Assembly (NCBI GenBank): GCA_963765815.1
Contig: CAVXXT010000008.1
Location: 628,091-692,090, forward strand
Origin: an uncultured Actinomycetota bacterium
Lineage (GTDB): Bacteria > Actinomycetota > Actinomycetes > BP-191
Direction of reading: 5' to 3'
Length of the DNA: 64,000 nt
The translations under genes and the position numbers were made by a program. Of this stretch, positions 9,508-19,318 are shown piece after piece; within the stretch, counting starts at the first letter, position 1; each line of letters begins with the position of its first letter. Below the pieces are notes generated by a model. That model was given only the letters and a program-made list of their open reading frames with translations, had not been told where the DNA came from and ran no database searches.

Positions 9508-11939
9508 CGGCGGCGGCGAACGGCCCCGAGGCCGAGGAGCACGGCGAGCCACACCAGCCCGGCGATCGACACCGCGCGGCCGACGGCGAAGCTGCGCGGC
9601 TGGTAGGAGAACCGCACGGCCTTGTCGCCCGGCCTCACCTCGACGCCCTTGAACGCGCCGTCGACGCGCAGCAGCTCGCGCGGCTTGCCGTCGACCGAGA
9701 CTTCCCAGCCCGGGAACCAGGCGTCGCTGATGACGAGAGTGCCGTCGCTGCCGGTGCCGAGGGTCACCTCGATGTCGTTCACGTCGTAGCGCACGTCGGA
9801 CGCCGGCGTGAATCGCACCGGCTCGCCTTCGCTCATGCCTTGAGACTTGTCGGCCGAGATGATCACGGTCCGACGCGGGTCGAAGTCCGGGCGGCGGACG
9901 AGGTCGTAGGCGTCGATCCCGTCGCGCTCGGTCCGCTCGTGGAACGTGCTCCCGGGTCCGACGACGAACGCGCGCGGCAGAGCGTTGAGGTTCTCGAAGA
10001 CCTGGACGTGGCCCTCGCTCAGGACCAGCTTGAACTGGTCCGGTCGTGACAGCAGCGACGGGGTGCCGTCGTTGTAGTCCGACGAGACGAGGTACTTGAG
10101 GTTGATCAGGTCCAGTCGCGGATCGGCGGCGTTCTTCGCCAGGTCGGCGCCGCGGAACAGGTAGCCGGACAGGGCGCTGCCGAAGCCGTCGAGGATCGGG
10201 TCGACGGCCTTGATCTGGTAGCCGGTGCCGGTCGGGGTGTCGAGGTCGTAGACCTGCTCGAGGTTCTTGGCGTACGCGCTGTCCACGGCGGCGATCCGCC
10301 ACAGTCCGGGATCCCGCGCCCGCAGCGCTTCCAGCAGTGGGGCCTTCGGGTAGACGCTGCGCCGCGCGATGAACGGCGCGTGGCCGTAGCCGTAGGTCAT
10401 CAGGTCGACCGCGACGAAGCCGACCAGCGCGACCGACAGGATCGCGCGGCCACGGAACCGGCGCACGACGTACGGCGACAGCAGCACCGCGGCGACAGCG
10501 AGGACCAGCACCGACGAGGTCGGCCCGCGGAACCAGCTGACCCGCTCGGGCATCTTCGGCACCCGCGAGTAGAGGGCGCCGGCCGCGAAGCCGCCGGCCA
10601 GCACCAGCGCGGCGAGCGGCGCCCACCACATCCCGTCGCGGCTGCGGTCGGCGAGTCGGCGCTGCAGCGCGGTGATGCCGAGGCCGGCCAGCACGGCCAG
10701 CGCGAACTGGGTGAGCAGGATGGCCCGCCAGTTGGGCAGCGTGCCGAAGACCGGGAGCTTGCGGGAGATCCCGTAGAGCGGCGGGATGCCGTAGGCGACC
10801 AGCGCGGCGGCCGCGCCGATCACGCCGAAGAGCGCGACATCCCGTCGTCTCCGGGACAGGACGGACAGGCCTGCGCCGAGGAACGCGACCATGCCGACGT
10901 ACATCGCGGCCTCGGGGATGAGGATGCCGGCGCCGTTCGGGGTGTTGCGCGCGTCGCGCGAGAGGAGGCCGAGGACCTGTGACGGCGTGAGGTGCCCGCC
11001 GCGGTCCTGACCGGACCGGGTGGTCAGCCCGATCCACTCCTTGGTCGGCAGCAGCTGCACCATCGCGACCATGACGCCGACGACGCCGGCGATGGCCAGC
11101 CACGCGACGTAGCGACCGCGTGGCGCGTCCGCCGGGACCTCGTCGGCGACGGCGTCGGGGTCCTCCGGTACGACGTCGACGACCGCGCGGCCCGAGCCGA
11201 GCAGCAACCGGTGCAGGGCGAAGACCGCGGCCATCGACAGCACGTAGACGGCGGTCTGCGGATGTCCCGCGAGCAGCAGGCAGGCGGTCGCGATCGCCGC
11301 GACGCCGGCCCACACGGGAGTGGCGTTCTCCCGCAGCCGCTGGATCGCCAGGAGCAGCAGCGGCAGCCACACCGCGACGTCGACGTGCGGCCAGCCCGAC
11401 CACGTGAGCATGAAGCCGCAGAAGGCGAAGCTCAGGCCGGCCACCAGCGAGCCGGTGCGCGACCCGCCCAGCGCGCGGACCAGCAGCGCGGTGAACCAGC
11501 CGGACAGGAACATCCGCAGCATGTAGAGCAGGCCCCACGCGACCGGAGTCGGCAGGACGAAGTAGAGGAGGTGCGGCGGGTAGAGAACGGCCGGCTGATA
11601 GATCGCGAAGTTGGGCTGGCCTAGCAGCAGGTGGTGGTTCCACAGCGGGAAGTCGCCGCCTCGGACCGACTCTGCGGCGAAGTCGTGCAGCGGGTAGAAG
11701 CCCGCTACGAGATCTCCCAGATCGGCATGGTTCATGTTGACCGGGTGTGCGGCGCGCACCGAGTCGTAGAGAGGCGACTGCAGCACGATGTCGATCGCGA
11801 GCGGCACCCGGCCGAAGAGGACCGGCAGGAAGTTCACCAGCACGACGGCGCCGATGACGACCGCGGCCAGCAGCGGGAACGATGCGCGCAGCCGACCGGT
11901 GACGCGGCGCGCGACGTCCGTCACAGCGGAGTCGCTCAC
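9504..11939 (-). CDS. YfhO-family multi-pass membrane protein (GT-C fold)
   Basis: FPLWNHHLLLGQPNFA, LLLAGHPQ, FENLNALPRAF, LVISDAWFPGWEVSVDG motifs; more than 10 TM segments. Confidence 0.85.
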   Translation of the reverse strand: MSDSAVTDVARRVTGRLRASFPLLAAVVIGAVVLVNFLPVLFGRVPLAIDIVLQSPLYDSVRAAHPVNMNHADLGDLVAGFYPLHDFAAESVRGGDFPLWNHHLLLGQPNFAIYQPAVLYPPHLLYFVLPTPVAWGLLYMLRMFLSGWFTALLVRALGGSRTGSLVAGLSFAFCGFMLTWSGWPHVDVAVWLPLLLLAIQRLRENATPVWAGVAAIATACLLLAGHPQTAVYVLSMAAVFALHRLLLGSGRAVVDVVPEDPDAVADEVPADAPRGRYVAWLAIAGVVGVMVAMVQLLPTKEWIGLTTRSGQDRGGHLTPSQVLGLLSRDARNTPNGAGILIPEAAMYVGMVAFLGAGLSVLSRRRRDVALFGVIGAAAALVAYGIPPLYGISRKLPVFGTLPNWRAILLTQFALAVLAGLGITALQRRLADRSRDGMWWAPLAALVLAGGFAAGALYSRVPKMPERVSWFRGPTSSVLVLAVAAVLLSPYVVRRFRGRAILSVALVGFVAVDLMTYGYGHAPFIARRSVYPKAPLLEALRARDPGLWRIAAVDSAYAKNLEQVYDLDTPTGTGYQIKAVDPILDGFGSALSGYLFRGADLAKNAADPRLDLINLKYLVSSDYNDGTPSLLSRPDQFKLVLSEGHVQVFENLNALPRAFVVGPGSTFHERTERDGIDAYDLVRRPDFDPRRTVIISADKSQGMSEGEPVRFTPASDVRYDVNDIEVTLGTGSDGTLVISDAWFPGWEVSVDGKPRELLRVDGAFKGVEVRPGDKAVRFSYQPRSFAVGRAVSIAGLVWLAVLLGLGAVRRRR

Positions 11940-13042
11940 TCGCCGGCCGGGCGATTGGCCGCGCGGCGCGCGACCCAGCGCGCGCTGCGCAGCAGCAGCG
12001 GCCGGCGCTGGAGGGCCTGGTACGCGCGGTCGGCGACGGCGTAGCCGGCGTGCGACTCGATCTGCGCCTTGCGCCGCGGGTCACCGCGCAGGTCGGCGAT
12101 GTAGGCGTCCTTCACCTCGACCGACGCGGCGAGCGCCTCGTGCTGCTCGTGCAGGAGCGCGATCTGCGCCATCCGCTCGCGCAGCGTCGCCTCGAGCGCC
12201 GTCACCCGCTCGCCGAGCTCGGTGATGTAGGCCGACTTCTCTGTGTCATTCGCTTCCAGCGACCTGCTGTACGTCGCCGCCTCCGACAGCCGTGCGGATA
12301 GCTCGCGTACCTGGTGCTGCAGCAGTGCGAGCAGCGTGCCGGTCGCGGCGGCCGGACGGTCGCCGCCGGCGGGCACCGCGGTCACGACGAACTGGTAGGT
12401 CTGCGCCTCCGGGCCGGACAGCGCCTCGGCCAGCACCTCGGGCGCGAACGTCGCGAGGTCGAGGTCGATCTCCGTCGCGTCGACCGGTGCCGTGACGCGC
12501 AGGCTCTCGACCACGTCGAGACCCGCGTCGGCGAACAGCTGCGCGACACCGGCGGCGTCGAAGAAGCGGAGGTGGGTGCGGTCGAGCAGACCGGCGTCGG
12601 TGTAGGTGAAGCTGCCGCGCAGGAGGTCGAGCCGGACTGCGGCGTGCGTGACGTTGGGCAACGAGACGACGACGTGCCCACCTGCCTTGAGCGTCGCGGC
12701 CGCGCGGCGCAGCGTCGCCGCTGGGTCCACGAGGTGCTCCAGCACGTCGAGCAGCAAGACCACGTCGAACCGCCGGCTGTCGAACGCGCCGTCCAGGTCG
12801 AGCGACTCGACGTCGCCGACCACGACCTGCTCGCAGATGCCCTTCGCCTCCGCTGCCGCGTCGGCGTCGATCTCGACCCCCCACACCGGGCAGCCGCGCG
12901 CCACGAGAGCCCGGGCCACGCTGCCGTCGGCGACGCCGATGTCCAGCACGCTGCTGCCCTCCGGCGTCAGCAGGACCGCCTGGGTGTGCGAGCTGTTCAG
13001 GTCGGCGAGGTCGACCTCACGCGCGTAGCGGGACGAGCTCAC
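11936..13042 (-). CDS. Class I SAM methyltransferase with C-terminal coiled coil
   Basis: VLDIGVADG, FDVVLLLDVLEHLVDP, GLLDRTHLRFF motifs; about 80-aa heptad region followed by a basic amphipathic tail. Confidence 0.88.
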   Translation of the reverse strand: MSSSRYAREVDLADLNSSHTQAVLLTPEGSSVLDIGVADGSVARALVARGCPVWGVEIDADAAAEAKGICEQVVVGDVESLDLDGAFDSRRFDVVLLLDVLEHLVDPAATLRRAAATLKAGGHVVVSLPNVTHAAVRLDLLRGSFTYTDAGLLDRTHLRFFDAAGVAQLFADAGLDVVESLRVTAPVDATEIDLDLATFAPEVLAEALSGPEAQTYQFVVTAVPAGGDRPAAATGTLLALLQHQVRELSARLSEAATYSRSLEANDTEKSAYITELGERVTALEATLRERMAQIALLHEQHEALAASVEVKDAYIADLRGDPRRKAQIESHAGYAVADRAYQALQRRPLLLRSARWVARRAANRPAGE

Positions 13043-14999
13043 GGCGGCCCTCCTTCAGTACGGCGGCCAGCACGTCGGGCCACATCGCGGTGCGGCCGGT
13101 GTCGGCCCAGGTCTGCAGGAGTCGCTCGATCTCGGCGCGCTGCGCCCGCCACGCCGCGTCGTCGGTGAGCAGGCGGTGGAGGTGCGCGACGAATCCGGGT
13201 ACGTCGTCGGCGATCGCCAGCGGGGTGGAGTCTCCCACCACCACGCCCTCGGCACCGTGCGACGTGGTGACGGTGGGGACGGCGTACTGCAGCGCCTCGA
13301 CCGTCTTGATCTTCACGCCGGCGCCGAAGCGGATCGGCGAGATCACCACGCGCGCGGCGTCGTAGAGCTCGGCCAGGTCCTGCACGTAGCCGACGAACTC
13401 GACGTTGGGCCCGGCCAGCCGCCGCACGCTCGGCGGCGGGTTGGCGCCGGTGACGCGCAGCGTGACCCACGGCAGCGCGACGACGAGGTGCGGCAGCACC
13501 TCGGTGACGAACCAGCGCAGGCCGTCGGCGTTGGGGGAGTCGTCGTCGCGCGCGAGCCAGCCGGCCACGTAGACCAGGTCGTGCCGACGTCCCGGACCCG
13601 ACGGCGTCGGTGAGATGCCGGGTGTGAGCGGTTCGACGACCGAGACCGGGGCGTGGCCCGGCACCGACGCGAACCACTGTGCCTCCTCCGCGGACACGCT
13701 GACGACGTGGTCGGACTGCGCGGTGATCCGCTCCTCGAGCCGCCGGTAGCGCTCGGCCTCCGACCGCATCTTCGACGCCGAGCGTCCGGACGCCAGGACC
13801 GCCTGCCGCTCGAGCCGGCGGTGGAAGAGCGCCTCCGCGTCGTAGACCAGTGCAGCCTGCGGCTGGTGCTGGCGGATCGCGTCGGCGAAGTACTCCCAGT
13901 TGTGCGGCCGCGAGATCACGATCACGTCGTAGTGCACGCCGGGATCCGCCAGATGCGCGATGACGTCGTCGACCTCGCCCGGCACCAGCTCCACGCCGAA
14001 GCGGCCGAGCGCCGCTGGGTCGGCGTTGCGGTGGTTGGTCGGGTGGAAGCGCACCGCGAACGAGTCGAAGCCCAGCTCGGCGATGAGGTCGTGCATGCGG
14101 CCGAAGCCCGCGCCGAGACCGGGGTCCGGCAGCATGTCGTCGACGATCAGCAGCGACGGCGGGTTGCCTCGCCCGCGGTGCAGCGCGCGCGCGACGGCCG
14201 CGTCGTTCGTCGGGTCGGCTGGCTCCTGTCCGGCGATGACGTCGGCCCACTTCTCGCGGAACGCGGCGCCGTTGCGCTTGAAGAGGAACTCCTTGAAGCG
14301 GTTCTCGGTCGACTGCGACTCGTGGTGGCGGATCTGCGACGCGGGCTCGTAGAGCACCCGATGGCCGAGCCCGCGCAGCGCGAGGCAGAGGTCGACGTCC
14401 TCGTAGTACGCCGGGTAGTAGCGCCGGTCGAACCCGCCGGCCGCGTCGAAGGCGGCCTTGCGCACCAGCAGCGAGCAGGCCGACACGTAGTCGACGTGCC
14501 GACGGTAGAGGAAGGCCTGCGAGTCCGCGGGCAGCGCGCGGCCGATCGGCATCGTCGAGCCGTCGGCCCAGAGGATCGACCCGGCCTCCTGCAGCTCGCC
14601 GCCGGGGAAGAGGATGCGAGAGCCGATCGCCGCCGACTCCGGATGCTCGTCGGCCGCCGCGACGAGGGCGTCCAGCCAGCCCGGCTCGACCACGACGTCG
14701 TCGTTGAGCAGCAGGAGGAACTCACCGCGGGCCAGCTTCGCGGCGTAGGTGTTGCCGCCGCCGAAGCCGAGGTTGACCTCGGAGACCACGACCCGCGCGC
14801 CGACCAGCTTGCGCTGGGCGAAGAGCACCAGGTCCGGCGTCGCGCCGTTGCAGACGACGATCACCTCGTAGGGCACCCGGCTCCCGCCGTGCGCGGCGAC
14901 GGAGGCGAGACATTCGGCGAGCAGCCAGGGGGAGTGCATCGAGAGCACGATCACGGACACCCGTGGCGCGTCGCTCGTCGGCAGCGTGATGACGTCCAT
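13017..14999 (-). CDS. Bifunctional GT2 + GT4 glycosyltransferase
   Basis: N-terminal NLGFGGGN, LLNDD, YYEDVDLC; C-terminal PNADGLRWF, PIRFGAGVKIKTVEAL. Confidence 0.9.
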   Translation of the reverse strand: MDVITLPTSDAPRVSVIVLSMHSPWLLAECLASVAAHGGSRVPYEVIVVCNGATPDLVLFAQRKLVGARVVVSEVNLGFGGGNTYAAKLARGEFLLLLNDDVVVEPGWLDALVAAADEHPESAAIGSRILFPGGELQEAGSILWADGSTMPIGRALPADSQAFLYRRHVDYVSACSLLVRKAAFDAAGGFDRRYYPAYYEDVDLCLALRGLGHRVLYEPASQIRHHESQSTENRFKEFLFKRNGAAFREKWADVIAGQEPADPTNDAAVARALHRGRGNPPSLLIVDDMLPDPGLGAGFGRMHDLIAELGFDSFAVRFHPTNHRNADPAALGRFGVELVPGEVDDVIAHLADPGVHYDVIVISRPHNWEYFADAIRQHQPQAALVYDAEALFHRRLERQAVLASGRSASKMRSEAERYRRLEERITAQSDHVVSVSAEEAQWFASVPGHAPVSVVEPLTPGISPTPSGPGRRHDLVYVAGWLARDDDSPNADGLRWFVTEVLPHLVVALPWVTLRVTGANPPPSVRRLAGPNVEFVGYVQDLAELYDAARVVISPIRFGAGVKIKTVEALQYAVPTVTTSHGAEGVVVGDSTPLAIADDVPGFVAHLHRLLTDDAAWRAQRAEIERLLQTWADTGRTAMWPDVLAAVLKEGRRELVPLRA

Positions 15000-15057
15000 G
15001 CGCGGCCGAGTCTATTGGCGGGCCGGCCCCTGCCGGTACGCCGCTACGGTGGCGGGC

Positions 15058-16194
15058 ATGCGCGTCGTCGTCGTGGGGCCGACCCACCCCTACAAGGGCG
15101 GGATCGCCCAGCACACCACCGAGCTGGCGCACCGGCTCTCCGCGGCCGGGCACGAGGTCGACCTGTGGTCGTGGTCCGAGCAGTACCCGCAGCGGCTCTA
15201 CCCTGGCCAGCAGCGCGTCCCGGACGACGCCCCGGAGCTGCCGGTCCACCCGCGGACGACGTACCCGCTGTCGTGGCGCCGGCCCGACGGCTGGCTGCGG
15301 GCCGGCCGGCGGATGGCGGCGTACGACGTCGCCGTGGTCGTCGTGGTCACGCCGGTCCAGGCCCCGGCCTACCTCGCGATGCTCGCCTCGTTGCGCCGCC
15401 GCGCCCGGGTGGTCGCGCTCTGCCACAACGTGCTCCCGCACGAGCGCGGCAAGGCCGACCTGCCGCTGACCAGAGCAGTCCTGAGACGCGCCGACGCCCT
15501 CCTCGTCCACTCAGAAGAGGAGCGGAAGAAGGCGCAGGGCTTGGTCCGAGCGGCCACGATCGTCGTCACCCCGCTCCCGCCCCTTGCTCTCACCGCGTCG
15601 GAGTTTTCGCCGAAGGCGGAGAACTCCGACGCGATAGCTCCATCGTTCGTTCCAGTCGCATCCACTTCACGTCTCTTGTTCTTCGGGATGGTGCGCAGGT
15701 ACAAGGGGCTCGACGTCTTGCTGCGCGCCCTCGCCCTCGTCCCTGACATCTCGCTGACCGTCGCCGGCGAGTTCTGGGAGGACGAGGCGCAGACCCGCGC
15801 GCTGATCTCCGAGCTCGGCCTGGTGGACCGGGTCGAGATCCGCAGCGGGTACGTCGCGGCGACCGAGGTGCCGGCGCTGTTCGCCGCCGCCGATGCCCTC
15901 GCGCTGCCCTACCGGTCCTCGACCGCGTCGGCGCACGCCTACATCGCGCACTCGCACGGCATCCCTGTGGTCGGCACCACGGTCGGGTCGATCCCGGAGC
16001 AGGTGCGCGACGGCGTCGACGGGCTGCTGGTCCCGCCGGAGGACCCGGTCGCGCTCGCCGCGGCGATCCGCCGCCTCTACGAGCCCGGCGTCCTCGAGGC
16101 GCTGCGGTCCGGGGCCCGCGAGTCGGGCGCTGTCGGCGGCGAGGGGCTCTGGGCGGCGTACGTCGAGGCGTTCGAGAACGCCGCGCGCGGGTAG
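15058..16194 (+). CDS. Glycosyltransferase family 4
   Basis: GPTHPYKGGIAQHT, FFGMVRRYKGLDVLL, LPYRSSTAS motifs; TACGGT -10 lies 7 nt upstream. Confidence 0.9.
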   Translation: MRVVVVGPTHPYKGGIAQHTTELAHRLSAAGHEVDLWSWSEQYPQRLYPGQQRVPDDAPELPVHPRTTYPLSWRRPDGWLRAGRRMAAYDVAVVVVVTPVQAPAYLAMLASLRRRARVVALCHNVLPHERGKADLPLTRAVLRRADALLVHSEEERKKAQGLVRAATIVVTPLPPLALTASEFSPKAENSDAIAPSFVPVASTSRLLFFGMVRRYKGLDVLLRALALVPDISLTVAGEFWEDEAQTRALISELGLVDRVEIRSGYVAATEVPALFAAADALALPYRSSTASAHAYIAHSHGIPVVGTTVGSIPEQVRDGVDGLLVPPEDPVALAAAIRRLYEPGVLEALRSGARESGAVGGEGLWAAYVEAFENAARG

Positions 16195-16198
16195 CCGC

Positions 16199-17473
16199 TC
16201 AGTCGGCGAGCCCGCACACGTCCAGCGCGAGCACCGTCAGGGCCCGCGCGCACGTCTGCACCTCGTCCAGCGGCACCGACTCGTCCGGCGCGTGCGCGTG
16301 CATCGCGTCGCCGGGTCCGTAGTGCAGCGTCGGGATGCCGGCGCCGACGAGCAGCCGGAGGTCGCTGCCATAGGGCGCGGCCCACACCTCCTGCGCCCGA
16401 CCGGTCGCGACCGCGGAATGCGCCGCGCGCATCCGGTCGAGCAGGTCGCTGGCCGCGGGCAGCCGCCCCGGGCCGAACTGCCCGCCCCACCACTGCACGT
16501 CGACCGGGTGGTCGCGCAGCCACGGGTCGGCCGCGCAGGCCCCGGCGACTGCCTCCTCGAGCTCGCGGCGGGCGGCTTCGAGCGGCTCGTCGAGAGCCAC
16601 GCCGTACCGGCCGTCCGCGACCACGAGGTCGGGCACCGACGACGGCCACACGCCGCCGGAGACCATGCCGACCGAGATCGGGTAGGCGATCGGCCAGCGC
16701 CGCATCAGCGGGTCGACGTCGACGTTGCGTCGCGTCTCGAGGTCGCGCAGCGCGGCCAGCACTGGCACGAGGTTGTCGATCGCGCTGACGCCCTCCGTAC
16801 GACGGGACGCGTGGGTCGCCTGACCGTGGACGCGCAGCCGGAAGGTGAGGGCGCCGGCGTTCGCCGGCACCAGGTCCAGTGACGTCGGCTCCGGGATGAC
16901 GCAGGCGTCGGCCCGCCAGCCGCGGCGCAGGGTCGCGAACGCGCCGAGGCCGCCGTCCTCCTCGCTCTCGACGCAGGCGAGCAGGAGGTCGCCGCGCAGC
17001 GGGGCGCCCGCCTGCCGGATCGCGGTGACCGCCCACAGCGCGGCGACGAGACCGCCTTTCATGTCGCAGGCGCCGCGGCCGTGCAGCCGGCCGGCCGCGA
17101 TCTCCCCCGAGAACGGGTCCGTCCTGGTCCACGTCGCCGGGTCGCCGGGAGGTACGACGTCGACGTGCGCGTTGAGCATCAGCGTCGGACCGTCGTCGAC
17201 CCCGGCGAGGCGGCCGACCGCGCCCCACGCCTCCGAGCGCGCTGCCTCGATGCCGGGGAAGCCGTCCGCTCCCATCGTCTCCTCGAGCGGGATCTCCCAG
17301 TGGTCGACGTCCACGCCGAGCCCGCCCAGCCGGGCCGCCAGCCGGCCGATCACCTCATGCTCGACGTCGGTGCCGGTCAGGCTCGGCTCCCGGACCAGGG
17401 AGCGGAGCAGCTCGACCATGTCGGGGGCCTGCTCGTCGACCGTGTCGAGACACCGGGCGCGCCAGTCGGTCAC
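16199..17473 (-). CDS. M20 family ArgE/DapE-like deacylase or peptidase
   Basis: LNAHVDVVP, GRGACDMKGG, ESEEDGG, VIPEPT, AHAPDE metal-binding motifs. Confidence 0.92.
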   Translation of the reverse strand: MTDWRARCLDTVDEQAPDMVELLRSLVREPSLTGTDVEHEVIGRLAARLGGLGVDVDHWEIPLEETMGADGFPGIEAARSEAWGAVGRLAGVDDGPTLMLNAHVDVVPPGDPATWTRTDPFSGEIAAGRLHGRGACDMKGGLVAALWAVTAIRQAGAPLRGDLLLACVESEEDGGLGAFATLRRGWRADACVIPEPTSLDLVPANAGALTFRLRVHGQATHASRRTEGVSAIDNLVPVLAALRDLETRRNVDVDPLMRRWPIAYPISVGMVSGGVWPSSVPDLVVADGRYGVALDEPLEAARRELEEAVAGACAADPWLRDHPVDVQWWGGQFGPGRLPAASDLLDRMRAAHSAVATGRAQEVWAAPYGSDLRLLVGAGIPTLHYGPGDAMHAHAPDESVPLDEVQTCARALTVLALDVCGLAD

Positions 17474-17480
17474 GCCGCGA

Positions 17481-17490
17481 ACGGTAGACT
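17481..17490. promoter_or_regulatory. Overlapping divergent -10 boxes serving two leaderless starts 25 nt apart
   Basis: TACCGT (-, 17481-17486) is 7 nt from GTG 17473; TAGACT (+, 17485-17490) is 8 nt from GTG 17499. Confidence 0.55.
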
Positions 17491-17498
17491 CCCCGCTC

Positions 17499-18482
17499 GT
17501 GCCCCCCACCACCACGCGCGCCGTACGGCGCACCCCGGCCCGTCCGCGCGTCGCCCCCGGAGCGGCGGTGGGCCTCGCCGACGCCGAGCCGCAGCAGCTC
17601 AAGGTCACGATCGTGCTGCCCTGCTACAACGAGCGCGAGCACGTGATGACCGAGATCGAGCGGATCACCGCCGCGATGGACGCGAGCGAGTACAGCTACG
17701 AGCTGTTCATCCTCGACGACGGTTCAACTGATGGAACTAGAGAGGTCCTCGCGCAGGCCGCCAAGGAGTTCCCGTCGATCCGCTACCTGCCGCTGCCGCG
17801 CAACGGCGGCTCCGGCACGGCACGTCGTATCGGCACGCAGCAGGGGCGCGGCGAGATCGTCGTGTGGACCGACGCCGACATGACCTACCCGAACGAGCGG
17901 ATCCCGGAGTTCGTCCGGATGCTCGAGGAGAACCCCGCGCTCGAGCAGGTCGTCGGCGCGCGCAAGACCGAGGAGGGCACCTACAAGGTCTTCCGGGTGC
18001 CGGCGAAGTGGGCGATCCGCCAGATCTGCTCGTTCCTCACCAGCACGAAGATCCCCGACCTCAACTCCGGTCTGCGCGCCTTCCGCCGCGAGACGTCGCT
18101 GCCCTACCTTCGGCTGCTGCCCGCCGGGTTCTCCTGCGTGACGACGCTGACGGTCGCCTTCCTGTCCAACCAGCACGTCGTCGAGTACATCCCGATCGAC
18201 TACGCGAAGCGCGCCGGCAAGAGCAAGTTCCACCCGTTCCGCGACGCCTACAAGTACATCCTCCAGGTGCTCCGGATGGTGATGTACTTCAACCCGCTGA
18301 AGATCCTCATGCCGCTCGCGCTGTGGATCATGGGGCTGGCGACGCTGAAGCTGCTGGTGGTCGACGTCTTCGTGCGCGACTTCCGGGTCACCGGCTCGAC
18401 GATCCTCACCATGATGGTCGGGTTCCAGATCGCGGCTCTCGCACTGATCGGCGACCTCATCGTCAAGTCGCGCAGCGACTGA
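17499..18482 (+). CDS. DPM1/GtrB-like polyprenol-phosphate glycosyltransferase (GT2) with C-terminal TMs
   Basis: IVLPCYNE, LDDGSTDGT, WTDADMTYP, DLNSGLRAF, RAGKSK motifs; start uncertain. Confidence 0.85.
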   Translation: MPPTTTRAVRRTPARPRVAPGAAVGLADAEPQQLKVTIVLPCYNEREHVMTEIERITAAMDASEYSYELFILDDGSTDGTREVLAQAAKEFPSIRYLPLPRNGGSGTARRIGTQQGRGEIVVWTDADMTYPNERIPEFVRMLEENPALEQVVGARKTEEGTYKVFRVPAKWAIRQICSFLTSTKIPDLNSGLRAFRRETSLPYLRLLPAGFSCVTTLTVAFLSNQHVVEYIPIDYAKRAGKSKFHPFRDAYKYILQVLRMVMYFNPLKILMPLALWIMGLATLKLLVVDVFVRDFRVTGSTILTMMVGFQIAALALIGDLIVKSRSD

Positions 18483-18498
18483 CGCGCGCGCATACGCC

Positions 18499-19314
18499 GT
18501 GAGCCGCAGCAACCTCGAGCGCCAGCAGCAGCTGGCCTACTCCGACTTCCAGGAGAAGATGCTCGACGAGCCGAAGCGGCGCACGAAGGCGGCGAAGATC
18601 GCCAGCGTCCTCGGTCACTTCCTCGGCCGCGACGACCTCGACGGCCTCGTGGTCGCCGACGTCGGCTGCTCGGTCGGCTTCATCTCCGACGAGATGCGGC
18701 GACGCGGCGGACGGACCTTCGGCGTCGACATCGACGTACCGGGTCTCGCGAAGGCGCACCAGCGATTCGGCAGCGACATCTGCTTCCTCTGCGCCGACGG
18801 CGAGCGGCTTCCCTGGGCCGACGAGACCGTCGACGTCGTCGTCTTCAACCACATCTACGAGCACGTCGTCGACCCGGACGCGGTGATGGCCGAGATACGC
18901 CGGGTGCTGCGACCCGACGGCGTCGTCTACCTCGGCCTCGGCAACCGGCTCGGGGTCATGGAGCCGCACTACCGGCTGCCGTTCCTGTCCTGGCTGCCGC
19001 ATGGCCGGGCTGCGGATGCCTACGTGAAGGCGTTCGGCCGGGCCGACTCCTACTACGAGCGGTTCCGCGGCCGCTCCGGGCTGCGCCGTCTCGCGACCGG
19101 CCTGCACGTGTGGGACTACACGTTCGCCGTCCTGGCCGACCCGGTCGCCTTCCACGCGACCGACATGGTGAAGGGGCCGCTCACCAAGGTGCCGGCGCCG
19201 ATACTGCGCGCGGCGCGGCCCGTGGTGCCGACGTACATCTGGGTCGGCAGCAAGTCATCGCGCGGGCCGCTCGGGCCGCCGCCCGCGGTCCTCCCGACCC
19301 TCGTCCGGCCCTAG
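18499..19314 (+). CDS. Class I SAM methyltransferase (Methyltransf_11-like)
   Basis: VADVGCSVG, ADGERLPWADETVDVV, NHIYEHV, EPHYRLPFLSWLP motifs. Confidence 0.88.
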   Translation: MSRSNLERQQQLAYSDFQEKMLDEPKRRTKAAKIASVLGHFLGRDDLDGLVVADVGCSVGFISDEMRRRGGRTFGVDIDVPGLAKAHQRFGSDICFLCADGERLPWADETVDVVVFNHIYEHVVDPDAVMAEIRRVLRPDGVVYLGLGNRLGVMEPHYRLPFLSWLPHGRAADAYVKAFGRADSYYERFRGRSGLRRLATGLHVWDYTFAVLADPVAFHATDMVKGPLTKVPAPILRAARPVVPTYIWVGSKSSRGPLGPPPAVLPTLVRP

Positions 19315-19318
19315 GCGC

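Noticed and set aside
8461-12084. Very long ORFs such as 8461..12084 (1207 aa), 59463..62852, 56052..58586, 32456..34996 and 36139..38424
   Set aside because: Shadow or run-through frames typical of high-GC DNA; only sub-segments are real genes as annotated
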